Below the pieces are notes generated by a model that saw only the letters and a list, made by a program, of their open reading frames with translations, had not been told where the DNA came from and did not search any database. Both the position numbers and the translations under genes were made by a program. A stretch of DNA of 50,526 bases, from NCBI GenBank assembly GCA_040081625.1, contig JBEBGD010000033.1, positions 1 through 50,526 on the forward strand, read 5' to 3'. Position 1 is the first letter of the stretch. The number at the start of each line of letters is the position of its first letter. This document shows, in pieces, positions 28,601 to 31,610 of this stretch. The stretch comes from Chthoniobacteraceae bacterium (GTDB taxonomy: Bacteria; Verrucomicrobiota; Verrucomicrobiia; Chthoniobacterales; Chthoniobacteraceae).

Positions 28601-31360
28601 CGCGTCTTCAACGATCGGAATGCAGACGGATTGCTCACGACGGGCGAACTCGGCGTGCAAGGCGCGACCGTCTTTATCGATCGCGACGGCAGCAATTCGC
28701 TCACCGCCGGCGACACGACGACGACCACGAGTGCGGAGGGCGGCTACACATTCACGACGCTCGCTGGCGGCACGTATCGCGTTGGCGTGGTGCTGCCGGG
28801 CGGCTTCCTGCGCACCTCGCCGGGCAATCCGGGTCTGCAAACGACGCTGCTCTACGGGCAGGATGGGAAGTCGGCGGGCAACGACTTTGGCTTGTTCCAG
28901 CTCGGCTCGCTGAGCGGCACGGTCTTCACCGATACGAACAACGACGGCGTGAAAACCGGCGCTGAATCGGGCATCGCGGGCCGCACCGTTTTCCTCGACG
29001 CGGACGGCGATAACACGCTCGACGCGGGCGAAGTCAGCACGACGACGAATGGGGCAGGGGGCTACACGTTCGCGAATCTCCAGCCGGGCACTTACACGCT
29101 CGCGCAGATCACGCCCGCGGGCTTCACGACTGTCGCGCCGCGCACGATCACCGTGCTCGGCGGGACGAACACGGCGGACCTCGCGAACTTCGCGCTCGGC
29201 TCGATCACCGGCACGATCTTCGGCGACACGAATGGCGACGGCGTGCAGAACGGCGGCGAGTCCGGCCTCGCGGACGCGACCGTCTTCCTCGACGCGGACT
29301 TCGATGGCGCGCTCGACGATGGTGAAGTGTCCGTCGTCACGAGCGCCGGTGGTGGATACACGTTCACCTTGCTCGGCGCGGGCTGCTATCGCGTCGTCGC
29401 GCAGCCTGCGACGGGTGCGAGTGTGGTGGCGTCCGTGCCGCCCGGCGGCGCGAGCACGCTGGCGCTCACGCAAAGCGGGCAGGCGCTGACGCAGAGCTTC
29501 GGCTACCGCGGCGCGGGGCTTTTCGGCGGCAGCTTCCCCGCCGCGAGCCTCCCGGCGGGCTGGGCCGGGAATGGAACTCTGCTCAACAACGGTGCGGTGC
29601 AGCTCGGCGAGATCGCGGGCAAGTCCACGCTCGGCTACACGTTCATCGTGCCTGCCGGAGCGACGACTCTGAGCTTCGTGGTGCCGGCGACGGCGTTCGC
29701 CCCGAATGGCGCGAACCCGCCGGACGCGCTCGAAGTCACGCTGCGCGATCCGATCACCGGCGCGCCGCTTCTCGGCTCAGCGACGCTCGGCGGCACCGAC
29801 GCGTTGCTGAACCTGCAGAACGACGGCCGCATCTTCCTCGCGCCTGGCGTCGCCGCCGTCGGTCGCGATGTGTCCGGCGGAGCGGTCGCGCTCGATCGTC
29901 CGCTCTATTTCCAGATCGACATCAGCAGCCTGCCCGAGGGCGCCGTTGCGAGCTTCTCCGCGGAGTTGCTGAGCTTCGGCGCACCGACGAGCACCGTGAC
30001 GATCGACGAAATCATCCTCGGCGCTCCCGTGCTCAACGCGGGCACGGTGCAGTTCAGCGCCGCCGGCTTCACGGTGAAGGAGGGCGGCAACGCGACCGTC
30101 GCCACCCTCACGCTCACGCGCGCAGGCGGCTCTGACGGGCTGATCAATTTCACCTACGCGATCACGTCCGGCACCGCGCGCGCAGGCATCGACTTCAATG
30201 CGGCGGGCGGAACTGTGAGCTTCGCCGATGGCGTGAATACGGCGCAGATCACCGTGCCGATCACGCACGATCTCCTCAGCGAAGGCTCCGAGACTTTCAC
30301 GCTGACGCTGAGCAACCCGATCGGCGGCGCAACGCTCGGCGCGCAAGCGAGCGCGCAGGTCACCATCACCGACAACGACGCTGTGCTCTTAGACCTCAAC
30401 GGCGACGGCAAGCTCGACCTCGTGCTACCCGTGGCGAAGAAGGGCAAGCTGCAACTGCTGCCCGGCACCGGCACCGGCACCTTCGGTCTGCCGACCGATA
30501 TCGTTACATTCAAGGGTCTCGGCGCGTATCAACTGGGCGACTTCAACAACGACGGCAGGACCGACATCGTCTTCACGCACAAGAAGACCAGCACGGTGAA
30601 TCTCATGCTCGGCAACGGTGACGGCACCTTCGCCACCGCGGTTCCGTTCATCGTCGGCCGCAGCCCGACCGCGCTCTACACCGGCGATTTCAATGGCGAC
30701 GGAGACTTCGACGTGCTCGCGCCGACCAAAGGCGGCATCAGCGTGCTTTTCGGCAATGGCAGCGGCGGCTTCGCGGCGAGTGCGTTCACGGCGCTGCCGA
30801 AGAAGACGACGCTCGTTCTGGCCGCCGATCTCGACGGCGATCAGCGCACCGACCTCGTCGCGAAGAACAAGACAGGCATCCTCATCTACCTCGGCAACGC
30901 CGCGGGCACCTTCGCGCTGCCCGCGCCGAAGCTCATCGCGACGAATGGCAAGAACCTCGTCGCCGGCGATTTCAATGGCGACGGATTCATCGACCTAGCG
31001 ACCGGGCCGTCATCAAAGGGCGCTCGCGGCTTCCTGCTCGGCGACGGTGCGGGTGGCTTCACGCCCTCGCCCGTGCCTGAGCGCAAGAAGGCGAAGGCCG
31101 GTGTCGCGTATGCCGCGGATTTCGACGGCGACGGTCGCCCCGACATCCTCGTGCCGGCGAAGAAGACCTTCACCTACCTCATCAGCGGCCCCAGCGGCCT
31201 CACGCAAACTGTCGTGGCCTTCCGCACGCCGATGCCGCTGAAGACGAGCTTCATCGCCGACGTGAACGCTGACGGGAAGATCGACATCGTCACCTTTAAG
31301 ACGAACGGCACTTTCAAGGTTTTGCGCGGCAACGGTGACGGAACATTCCTGATCCCCTGA
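1481..31360 (+). CDS. Giant (~9,959 aa) secreted multidomain adhesin-like protein with LEPR-XLL leader, CARDB, He_PIG, YD, dockerin, Big, SdrD-B, Calx-beta and FG-GAP domains
   Basis: Uninterrupted ORF 1397-31360; in-frame ATG at 1481 (MNFQLPF) preferred as start. Extracellular repeat motifs throughout; only 2 Cys seen after that start. Confidence 0.95.
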   Translation: MNFQLPFSRSFRKIRHWVRWIGCWTLWRGQQGSSYAVPRRRGLKFERLEPRVLLSVQPTAQPLSKAQADAFMVAHHVVLEEQIQPAATVTTADFSYEPEVQASLLGPVTAAAGKDLIITDLTGPATGTFSSNANLTWTIKNDGIVDVTENRTEAFYLSSDAIYDSGDIFLDTFSSTGTLAAGASVTNNKSVFLRGFGSGPMFIVMEADRYGEVTESNESNNARSLPITINVPDADLVTTSVTVPASVSKTVGFSVDYTIQNTGTASAATFWYDGIYFSTDAVLDDSDTFLAGPDAFSARPLAPNASYSKTHSNVTIPSYLPSGNQFLIVTADYPGYQGEINDANNYRAVPINVISNSTADLTVSALIVTPSTGSFGSFAQVEWTVTNSGTQALTGSAGNYIYLSADTIGGSPDDIALGFEPGFSVLGPGQSEMFSRFVQLRGFQGGLQNIVVVTDPFNQLDEASDSNNQRSTPITITIPNVDLTVLNPVAPATAIIGESINISFDVKNNGTEQATSDWYDDVYLSDDAIFTPGTDIQMRSFFSGSHPGAAGIYSVNQTATLPDYVSAGSKFLIFVADAEGTQGETNESNNVVALPITLATSTVDLIVTDFITPATALAGTTIQITFTVKNNGTSPAEVDWSDSVELIRREGFNVFYDAFGYYGAAAHSPLAPGASYTGSIDLVLPVNLTPGIRELQISTDVFAEQHESNNNNNTNSPIRTIDIQPGNPSDLIVESANVPGSGVVGQNLFFDFTVRNQGSGQTRNFWQDRAYLSTDTTLSMDDVLLSSSFGTQGPLNASQTYTINTGVALPSGVSGFYYLLLQTDAFNAEAETNETNNVSFYGFNITGPDLQIPQATAPGSGQLGSQIALTYRLSNVAGTTTASFPQVGFFLSADAIFDQSDINAGYAYPISVDAGMFSDEVFNLTLPSSPVGSRFLLFVADPNGFLAETSDTNNTFALPITLTGADLQVSAATAPATVITGQTINVSYTVKNLGDAGALADWDDAFYFSDDAVFDNGDQFVDFEFIEAQTPLIVNGEYTVNRTITLPDTALGSRFLLFRADAFQSQSEIDDANNTFAVAVNVQGADLRVSNGSAPANADVGTTISVSWLLENLGVIGSLPWSDRVWLSSDTTLDVNDTYLAEFYQNALVPLAAGASIPITKDINIPGNATVGNRFLIIEADVYAQLHEGSEANNITTIPIAIGAPDLIVSGLSAPGTAQSGETITISWNDVNNGNVAAGGSWYDNVVVRNVTLNQVIASTSISYNTAGVGNSPLAVAASLPRSVQIMLPDGNTSVGQLEITITTDAGNSLSETNGTGDAEMNNTAMTTLTGTLAPYPDLTVSGITVPPGLESGQTVAVQWTVNNTGTGPTLTNWTDRIVVFNNTTGLTIVDQSAFYNATTEGAIAAAGSKARTANITLPDGTAGVGNLTITVTTDTFSQIFENNAGGTAETNNSATINATSTLALYPDLQVQDFVAPANVQTGQQVTLTWNTANTGNKDITTNFAERITVVNTTTSQTLLNTTLGYDVGTGGNIAGGTSKARQFMFTVPDGTSGVGSLQITIETDTFDQLFENNATLTGEANNTAGATSTSVLGQYADLTVTTVTPPTGVQSGDDTSLSWAIQNAGNRATQTSWRDRVLIVNATTGGTIIDTTVFYDINGAGNSPLGPGGTLNRSFDFQMPAGIAGAGNITYTVTTDYFDEVIEATAGGALEPANNTTTANGTSTLAPYPDLVLSNVTAPATAIAGQTLTVGWIVTNSGELATTGSWIDRIFLSLDGTLNGAIEIGSFQHADGLAIGASYVESRTFPFGAPPDGIYSVLVVSDVLSNVEEAAREANNTALAANTTQVGRPDLVPSIVSAPANAVSGDPLTVNYKVQNTGTQSATGAWIDRFYLSTDGTIDGADRLLGEVARTGPLAGGTEYTGSIELTLPIEVSGPFFVLFATDFADTVEEFTNEGNNVASSALQVQLAPYADLVTSNVTAPALTIADPALVTIGWTVTNNGNGLGRTSTWVDRVIASPDGIVGNGGDIVLGSFTRTGFLAVGASYSRSEQITLPPAFEGQFHLFVVTDATGVVFENFLESNNAAEAGNLFAVAPRPYADLVVQTVTPPASGGSGQDVELNWIVRNQGIGVTDLSSWFDAVYITTDPTGATGLELVGVFSHSGILGVNGTYNRTASVRLPDGISGNYYFVVETGYTPPFVGAPYEFIYGGNNTRVAGPTAVTLTPAPDLRVTSIVAPPTALSSAKIDVQWTVLNDGTGPASGGWVDRLFLENVGNPTAPIIPLGAFAYTQELIAGVSYTRSEQFTLPRDLQGVYRVVIETNDTQSIYEGLGLANSTQADDAPITVSLAPKPDLQVASVTAPASVNGGASVALQFTVRNQGTLAASGQWKDRVFLSLDNTISQDDLLIGELDNGAALLPGEQYQTQTPSLTIPRRYRGPVFLLIQSDATDRVDEFPNDGNNVFAQPLEVIGIPPSDLVTANVVAPTQVFDGSTIELRYRVTNSGAGQTDRDGWTDAVWLTVDNKRPDPRKGDILLATFPHGGTLQVGEFYDQVVNVRIPDGLTGQYFITPQSDAYDVILEDTLTGNINPDDPNELDNNNYKARPITVLLREQTVPTFPDLITTVVTAPATATAGTTISVSWTGKNQGQNVAPGGWTDRVFLSQTPTLGAPGANALLIAEIGHAASLDVNGTYDASANVLLSPAASGQYIIVVTGAGVTESNSANNALSAPSVVANAPADLRVQSISVPTENFSGETSVIQWVVKNFGAAVWSGTRYWTDQVFISPDATFIESRATLLGSFIHTQDTPLGAGESYAQSREVTLPQGVGGGFYIHVITNPGGALDIHALDNGGSVGYYGSNVFEDPANNVGSTALAVTYREPDLQVSDIVLPATAPTSGDDIVVSWTVTNTGNRTTRQSSWIDRVFLSRDPSLDSEDQMLGAFERSSVLDAGASYSGELTVPLPDGIDGQYYVLVFSDSNLEGSVPPGAAGLRSDQDANAFFARVAEFQGEGNNITAQPLTIAAAVPPDLRVTQVTAPAQVTAGQLFSLTYQVTNTGAGPTAARQPAWDDLIYISRDQNFDPNTDRYLGTVRHEGALAAGASYSVTQDFRAPRDLTGPYFVFVITDPARYTARGEVFEANAENNNATTSPQPVVINLPPPADLRVDTINVPGSGQTGGPIHIEWTAKNYGVNAASGTWTDSVYLSADGVWDINDKPLGKVTRTGAALAPGATYTLSLDATIPPIAPGNYRVIVRTDIFNEVHEGTDESNNKTPSADSVATTVEALQMGVSKSTTLSTGQERLFQINVPAGQTFRVRLATNAADAANELFIRFNDVPNGISYDAAYEGPIQANQVALIPSTQPGTYYVLVRGISEPGADTAVTVTPELVPFGITSVSPDIGGDAKFVTTTIRGAQFLPGAIVKLVRPGIAELEPERYEIIDGTKIVAIWDFTGTPHGLYDLKVINPNGDTAILPYRYLVERAIEPDVAVGLGGPRVISAGGAGLYGFSLTSLTNIDTPYVFFTFGIPELGANPSVFNLQRVVFSNNLRGTPEGDTSNVPWASLDSTLNSSGTLLAPGYAFDLAARGFVGRNFSVQTYPGLTELLAGDFNKFRDKIYNAVPGLRGQLDNGPQDLDNISPGLTDIYTAIQARNNPLADVDDNEIAFRFHILASATVLTRDEFIAQQADYALRLRDAILADASAPANLVTLAASPNQWAAAYLGALETAGYLRPSSEAPPIRDTPLAVSLANTLATGLLLGPSGAQIVTDGDLVSFFTQVRKWYGHDADLVGSSEIPAGSAYDLGLSHQTHFEAFNIFVPYGKARIDEPDLQQVQPVSFDSFFTASGQTGRLATITGPTGAGAKQFVPVGTALPYTVAFENPSSASAAVAEIRVLSQLDPDLDPRSFTLGDIKIGDLSVHIPGQRSSFSGDFDFTAAKGYVLRVSAALDYASGTATWLFQAIDPETGEVIDDPSKGLLPPNTLDGAGAGFVSFTVTPKTTAATGAKIDAQARVLFNNAPPQDTLKLTHTIDAFAPTTTLTATPLMAGSTDFEVKWTALDDEGGAGVKHVTVFVAEDGGTFTIWQKQTTATSGVYNGRAGHTYEFLALATDNAGNREQPRFGIAVPNDGSSVNLGTLPDAGTGVQPGQTPPAPSTNPSTNPIFTQAQSAVPATQSAGDETAFSSVLQPFIGQAFATGFAQSHADIGPMAIALRPDGTVLISGGTARNQLFAFGPQGGSATTPLATLPYPIFDLAFDSAGQLWAATGGGPLLQLNPSTGAVLGEYGDGLTQSLAIESATGRIYVSSGTGVEVFDPTTQTFSHFSDVRVGNLAFEPGTGKLWAAAWPARGDVVRFDNKGKSEVMLRYTQPVDSISFGPAGSALSGLLFVSENSGDLSMVDLVTLQRVAIGTGGTRSDVVRATADGRVFLSQSTQVDQLALLVAPSVISTNPAPDSQVVLPRGSITVTFDQAMRADSDGTSVLNPLNYSLRGANGLVPVRSVSYDATTHAVTVSFDSLAQDAYTLTVSSLVQSAAGLPLGDAHVVRFSAVNYFTPTVNIAFSNARSDRTAGTVSYDVVITNTGDYDLPAPLTFALAPKAGTTGFPLGATFADGVYLLDLTDLLGDGVLSPNEALAKFTLTLRSLDGGPLEFSYAVRSTGDNALPTIISTAVTSATVGLAYAYDVNATDPDGIALAYLLNRAPAGMTINAQTGVIAWTPTAGSPAQAAVTVLVSDSRGGIALQDFTITVAGANRAPVLDTLPATISGREGQMLEIAIGATDADNDALTFWADHLPSGAVFDPQTRTLRWTPGANSAGTYSDVRFIVSDGTTEVVRSTTLLIGATNQAPTLTAPAQRTIREGDTLRFFLNAADPEGSALTFSSQLLPLGATLDPATGMFQWTPGFTQAGSYAIPFSVSDGATATTGVASITVLNDNAAPVFEGLDAFQVVEGQRVRFRVFAFDPDNPTLGPIDRNQDNSLALDEGVVRTVSYTVSGLPVGATFDADTGFFDWTPGFASAGLFNVTFTATDTADGTGVNASSSVTVAVRVLNQNRAPVLTDITNRTLQRGDVLDIPITATDADGNPLTLTATSGLPFFALPGFVAFTDNGNGTGVLHVTPGAGDRGNYTITVKAADNGDGGGAGAALTDETTFVLTVESANEAPVFDYVGNLIAVPGELLSITLRATDLDQPEALSFGATGLPPGATLTPGAQYGTAVLAWTPTAGQFGTFNVTVTVTDTGNGVPANVQSSQRSFTITSRASNAAPVLNPIANQTLAENQNYSLTLGASDPDGDALTFSATGLPQGAVLNPQTGVLSWTPNIFQAGIYEGISVTATDGNKSATRIFSMVVTNVNQQPRLVPLPLQSGREGAALQFTLTGADVDGDAYTFSVISGLPAGATLNPTSGLVQWTPGFEQAGAYTIRFGIRDAQGLVDQRDVAVTIDNINRTPTLSVSDHQGKLGQRLSFTLAGADADANTTLSYFASGLPEGASLDPATGEFVWMPGAGQAGEYVVLFGVSDGEATTSQVALIKASVNPAAPNVVIELTPSFPAIAGQRVVVHATAAGVAVITSLSLSVDGQALTLDAQGRGQFTPAAPGRFTIVAAATDADGLTGAATTTLKVRDTSDTQAPLVSFDSLTNGALLTSTANVLGTISDTNLDSWKLDIARFNSTEFTTLASGDAATSGALTSLNPQALENGFYVLRLTATDISGRTSVATVPVEVNTATKAPNYTRSETDLSVSLGGVTLNVVRAYSSVSSGMAGSFGPGWRFLGRDTLIEANVANREAFRIGTRLYLTLPTGERVGFTFAPQQHTLVGAAEYFTPAWVADAGVNWTLNSADAQLALAGDRLFDLRSAEAYHPGAFTLTAANGTVYQLSTARGVERQITPGGAQLLYTDAGIVNLATRDAIVFGRDAAGRLASISGTDGTTVAYGYDATGNLIAARDLTTGATSRYAYDGTNRLTLATGVSGEAISYGAQLALIKPLTDLGTTLEFSGRTTSAAFPQTFAFSIRESELNSTAQRGTVLLAVRVTGEATPSIEGLTPLLSRSDAGGSYALFAVDRTGLQRLTLTGSGSYSFSLGVVGDVNADGNVDGLDAGLLDDAMGFGLGSARYSVGADADGDGEIAPADAQLLAANFGFATNTAPEAVAGMIATHRDLPVTIDLSALVSDAEGDAIFHRITGVTNGTVTMSGDGKSVIFTPLAGFGGTASFQLAADDGFSASAPVPVLVQVSAAPLLDVDFDVRAPLLVAGGSGQVAMHGSFADESGLALPASYFTFTSTDPLVVQVSPSGRITALRDGVATILASHNGVQAATVVRVGAPADAAAQRLAAIGLRVTPGTLMLGTGGMQQISVRLPDNSDGTSSAGGTRYYVTNPAVATVSADGLITAVGAGTTKVAVIFGIAETVLTLDVREAAAIGTVIGRDGGVVASPEGYRLSVPKNSVLTDRAVSITPLDEATTTLPVLAPFVFGAAFDVDIGAGTAFQRLGFEVPVAAGIPAGGQVVFMRYGQVPDAAGVMQHAWIQVDFGVVGADGIARIATSQPTTGALQSGEYAIAYAPPTNIGAVVQNINLQNDLSAYAGTFSGSVTIPVPAPSPREVAATLPEGAPVATRRIQDLTTIKMVAFAALDLFSFQPGGLSAGGFGLSELGQLIPTAIDQGLKLKAGEIDDTTAASYYGLNHPAAYVAENTIGTAFVGNNHAQLLAYITLAPMIMLIPDFIVDYTTSQLPAMSVTGLPIVTNSQVQVNPGGVASFTTPINNVGLPPGIDPSAPVVTQLSVGFVDFGGTQKPAVTLTASNLIGAFGGSLADITVYFNDVTAGRVAVKGADLQLGPGGNSLIVAVPDNVVLGLATIQIERQQLTSLGGFRFNESVVNAPVAVQAQGAYVFGALALGNVQGNTRQQVAVFDASGALVARLPIADTNPGDGITPSARSTAVTRDGTRVYVALQNVGEIAMLDALALREADVHPETATNADRHIKLPDGAKPFWMVADRTDSYLFVTDEFAQNGHGSIYVIDINPASATYNTVLRTIDVKSQGSAPLIGLRGADVTLDGGRLYVAAPAQTVFNRGGEAGGANGSIVVIDLDATNGAASFNQITSFDIEIDSVRSTGTHLPEYEGKEPYGITATAQGIMVTDRRNDFTGLALLTESYRPAATGVFRKLEIDIRYVQMVLGSGIDYFDVNNAVSVAVTSDLKWAFVTGYNRYIQGQPSHDFLEHPGNFVGGNIGIIRNPFDLPGFGTSELVAATEEIEASFPDNLVLSPDGANLIAAYRSLRRVFVYDAQGLIDAATMVAANALKTAPVDAFSATVNTAPTIIVTGGAPQGLSSQVVTQSAALPDFRVVAFDPVPVEPGAQTLVSYTMAIDHADRLPKGARWTEQIWITDDGLVDGSGFEQLIGFDTFTTAGEHQITVTLPDGDFLLEQGNPDNLKLVLRVNANPLEVRELNTANSSVGVVARFAAPDLEVGELKAPIPTFGQPLGELTYTVQNNGLRAVSAGRSWTEQLWIGTDERVWQGNNIGAGQWYHQIAVRTVQDALQPDGEVTRTFDIDLTAITLPGGIALQDLKWVVLLDWAAGTTDVTSVPGRIVEPHELSSGATPNNAFTKEAISVDLDPIEIQLAPGGGRDANGKFKFIAADTSFRSALTAEDIFIGVKPAKGEAFAPVVKIFGTLSYTPTKITGSGTVYALVGSDEVRLFDGNFEISVGAGASNVLNVTSGDPFNFSGAAVTVRQITFVDPTGGSATDARVEIRGQMQLPASISGTAITLDVTGENYIGISNAGYVFTGGTVAKGTAFDFNGLQLVATESSQFDFEDVPPTQAQPAPREGLALAPSFGNKALLLGGLFNLPQFGPDAQAQLIKGVNELKVATDAAGAAITEFRDKGTIQLDTVDILPGVLSLSKIVLEVKRDGSSWEVNGTALLGDSNPDSPTNPHLKLKVSVVGTSVTFTIDPTDTKKEVRIGGALVKVTAFTLSTGTGGNWDPKVEIDGSLRMPKLSGVTSGPDQLSFQVQGLEVTKTELKLGTGELSLASATVPLFGITEVDITDAKLKWNGGNKTFEFRGHVALKNLTQGGNAAAFDFAGPDKYVQIAADSVKVVGDIELMGPFYVFQNTWGLRDFKLSIDTVNGRYSGKVDVITPAGTVEGKATISKTDFSVELSTKKEQSITIVGMTFELSKLSYQSDRKPGEGSNDDPQFRLQGSLTLPTAFVLTDLGALKVTVDDTHELLVNGDGITFEGGELKLPADKKLKLYGLLEVQTKADTALEINIPKSGVKSAKLTGSLFIPSLEKVTVDLSHPGQHFTIREKAGGGVEYASDISFKKKELEIYGPWKLEDVEVRLKKDYADPLPTQITGTAFFNTPAVPGSQAARLKTTIVFDKGKVQSFMLDNTNGNPNFELIGAKVTVSQLKLVPDQAPGVGADWDPKVTVQGDIELPLSVLPNVSGTVKFEIKGGNFLTITSQGVKLNGATASLPEFTFNLLGAAEVKGKNLKLDFVENSSTEKTFKITGVLGLNFLSFAGQNSNVTADLSGNRFLRITQGAGAPKVELVGKLEASNIAIAPGFRIVSAEFGIDPNAKETEGGFVLELPPGFKVGVKAKFVDGKIDTIGVIGGWLGDAKNGSFSPVDFGTGLRLDEIKGELRNIQTPGSIEFDGKIVLASGPKFNVTLPSWLGGRLSGPLFRLEVEGQLNKDQLSAMAKLNALALGNATGNASYTWADKHFVGNLSFNLLPLGSGLGNLLTVTTQAEVLPAGDDVKFTVDGTAMLNLPKIPGLDNFPGFSGNGEFHLRYANRKAEFEATAHVDFAGLLRAEVGVRIYSDGRVEIIGPPKRNPNAMPIPAFGAPEGGAVAASGPFTAAPGDLELPFTVLPGDSRLIVAAGWANAVPGQMLQLRSPSGVTYSEGDFGLANGLMLASVFNSDSTRGVTLANPEAGEWTFILPNGAALGEAGLAVYVPGEAPTVSITSPAVNVTSGGIVPINFVAHDADSVARIALVYTTDPSGYGGGLIVDDIAEGDSAGTYNWDTSSLPAGDYYLYALIRDESSASVRSAYAAGRVTVLANPTGTIGGRVFNDRNADGLLTTGELGVQGATVFIDRDGSNSLTAGDTTTTTSAEGGYTFTTLAGGTYRVGVVLPGGFLRTSPGNPGLQTTLLYGQDGKSAGNDFGLFQLGSLSGTVFTDTNNDGVKTGAESGIAGRTVFLDADGDNTLDAGEVSTTTNGAGGYTFANLQPGTYTLAQITPAGFTTVAPRTITVLGGTNTADLANFALGSITGTIFGDTNGDGVQNGGESGLADATVFLDADFDGALDDGEVSVVTSAGGGYTFTLLGAGCYRVVAQPATGASVVASVPPGGASTLALTQSGQALTQSFGYRGAGLFGGSFPAASLPAGWAGNGTLLNNGAVQLGEIAGKSTLGYTFIVPAGATTLSFVVPATAFAPNGANPPDALEVTLRDPITGAPLLGSATLGGTDALLNLQNDGRIFLAPGVAAVGRDVSGGAVALDRPLYFQIDISSLPEGAVASFSAELLSFGAPTSTVTIDEIILGAPVLNAGTVQFSAAGFTVKEGGNATVATLTLTRAGGSDGLINFTYAITSGTARAGIDFNAAGGTVSFADGVNTAQITVPITHDLLSEGSETFTLTLSNPIGGATLGAQASAQVTITDNDAVLLDLNGDGKLDLVLPVAKKGKLQLLPGTGTGTFGLPTDIVTFKGLGAYQLGDFNNDGRTDIVFTHKKTSTVNLMLGNGDGTFATAVPFIVGRSPTALYTGDFNGDGDFDVLAPTKGGISVLFGNGSGGFAASAFTALPKKTTLVLAADLDGDQRTDLVAKNKTGILIYLGNAAGTFALPAPKLIATNGKNLVAGDFNGDGFIDLATGPSSKGARGFLLGDGAGGFTPSPVPERKKAKAGVAYAADFDGDGRPDILVPAKKTFTYLISGPSGLTQTVVAFRTPMPLKTSFIADVNADGKIDIVTFKTNGTFKVLRGNGDGTFLIP
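1820..11320 (+). repeat. 25 tandem CARDB (Ig-like) repeats
   Basis: 25 units counted starting [PA]DLxV, with W/F/Y-TVxNxG, W-x-D-x-(V/I)-(Y/F)-LS and ExxExNN motifs; two further CARDB-like units near 23435 and 23805. Confidence 0.9.
15425..18035 (+). repeat. 9 putative Ig (He_PIG)/cadherin-like repeats
   Basis: Nine units beginning NALP/NRAP/NQAP/NAAP/NRAP/NEAP/NAAP/NQQP/NRTP, most with ATDxDG, LPxGAxxDxxTG-x-WTP and V(S/T)DG motifs. Confidence 0.9.
18629..19335 (+). other. DUF6531-like RHS N-terminal domain plus ~3 YD repeats (no RHS core)
   Basis: SETDLSVSLGGVTLNVVRAYSS...GSFGPGWRF; RDAAGRLASISGTDG, YGYDATGNLIAARD, YAYDGTNRLT. Confidence 0.75.
19682..20670 (+). other. Dockerin-like pair, Big_9/cadherin-like domain and two Big_2 domains
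   Basis: GDVNADGNVDGLD...ADADGDGEIAPADAQLLAANFG; NTAPEA...NGTV...IFTPLAGFGGTASF; STDPLVVQVSPSGRITALRDG and TNPAVATVSADGLITAVGAG. Confidence 0.75.
28586..30379 (+). other. Three SdrD B-like domains, an unassigned beta-sandwich and a Calx-beta domain
   Basis: GxIxGxVFxDxNxDG...TVFLDxDG...GGYTF three times; GTVQFS...TARAGIDF...EGSETFTLTLSNP...VTITDND. Confidence 0.85.
30392..31357 (+). repeat. C-terminal FG-GAP/VCBS-type 7-bladed beta-propeller, Lys-rich
   Basis: Seven motifs: DLNGDGKLDL, DFNNDGRTDI, DFNGDGDFDV, DLDGDQRTDL, DFNGDGFIDL, DFDGDGRPDI, DVNADGKIDI, with GNGDGTF-type turns. Confidence 0.9.
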
Positions 31361-31400
31361 CCTCGTTCCGGCATCCAAGCCCGCGAAAGCAATGAATCGG

Positions 31401-31428
31401 TGGCGGAGCCTACGGGACTCGAATCCGC
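31401..31428 (-). other. Degenerate tRNA 3'-end fragment (T-arm, acceptor strand, CCA; Asp-like), candidate att site
   Basis: Minus strand reads GCGGATTCGAGTCCCGTAGGCTCCGCCA: TTCGA T-loop, one T-stem mismatch, G discriminator + CCA; no D- or anticodon arm upstream. Confidence 0.55.
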
Positions 31429-31431
31429 CGC

Positions 31432-31543
31432 CGGAACTTCCTCTTGGTGCTCCTTGATGCGCCACTGTGCTCGTCAGCAGCACATTACGCATGAAGTCAT
31501 TTTTGGGCATGTTGGCACCTTGAGGCACCAAGAGGAAATTCCG
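31432..31543. repeat. 112-bp unit bounded by 19-bp inverted repeats (18/19 match), with internal hairpin
   Basis: CGGAACTTCCTCTTGGTGC (31432-31450) vs GCACCAAGAGGAAATTCCG (31525-31543); internal ATGCG/CGCAT and TGTGCT/AGCACA stems (31457-31492). Confidence 0.75.
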
Positions 31544-31610
31544 TTGTCATCTTTGTCATCCGATCAGGCTGCACGCGTGGCACCCCGATTTCGTGAACCA
31601 GATAGGAAGT

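Noticed and set aside
31401..31480. Intact tRNA or tmRNA gene
   Set aside because: Only the T-arm and acceptor 3' strand are recognisable; no D- or anticodon arm can be folded.
31544..31560. TTGTCATC tandem repeat as a Pho box
   Set aside because: Period is 9 bp rather than 11; too short to support.
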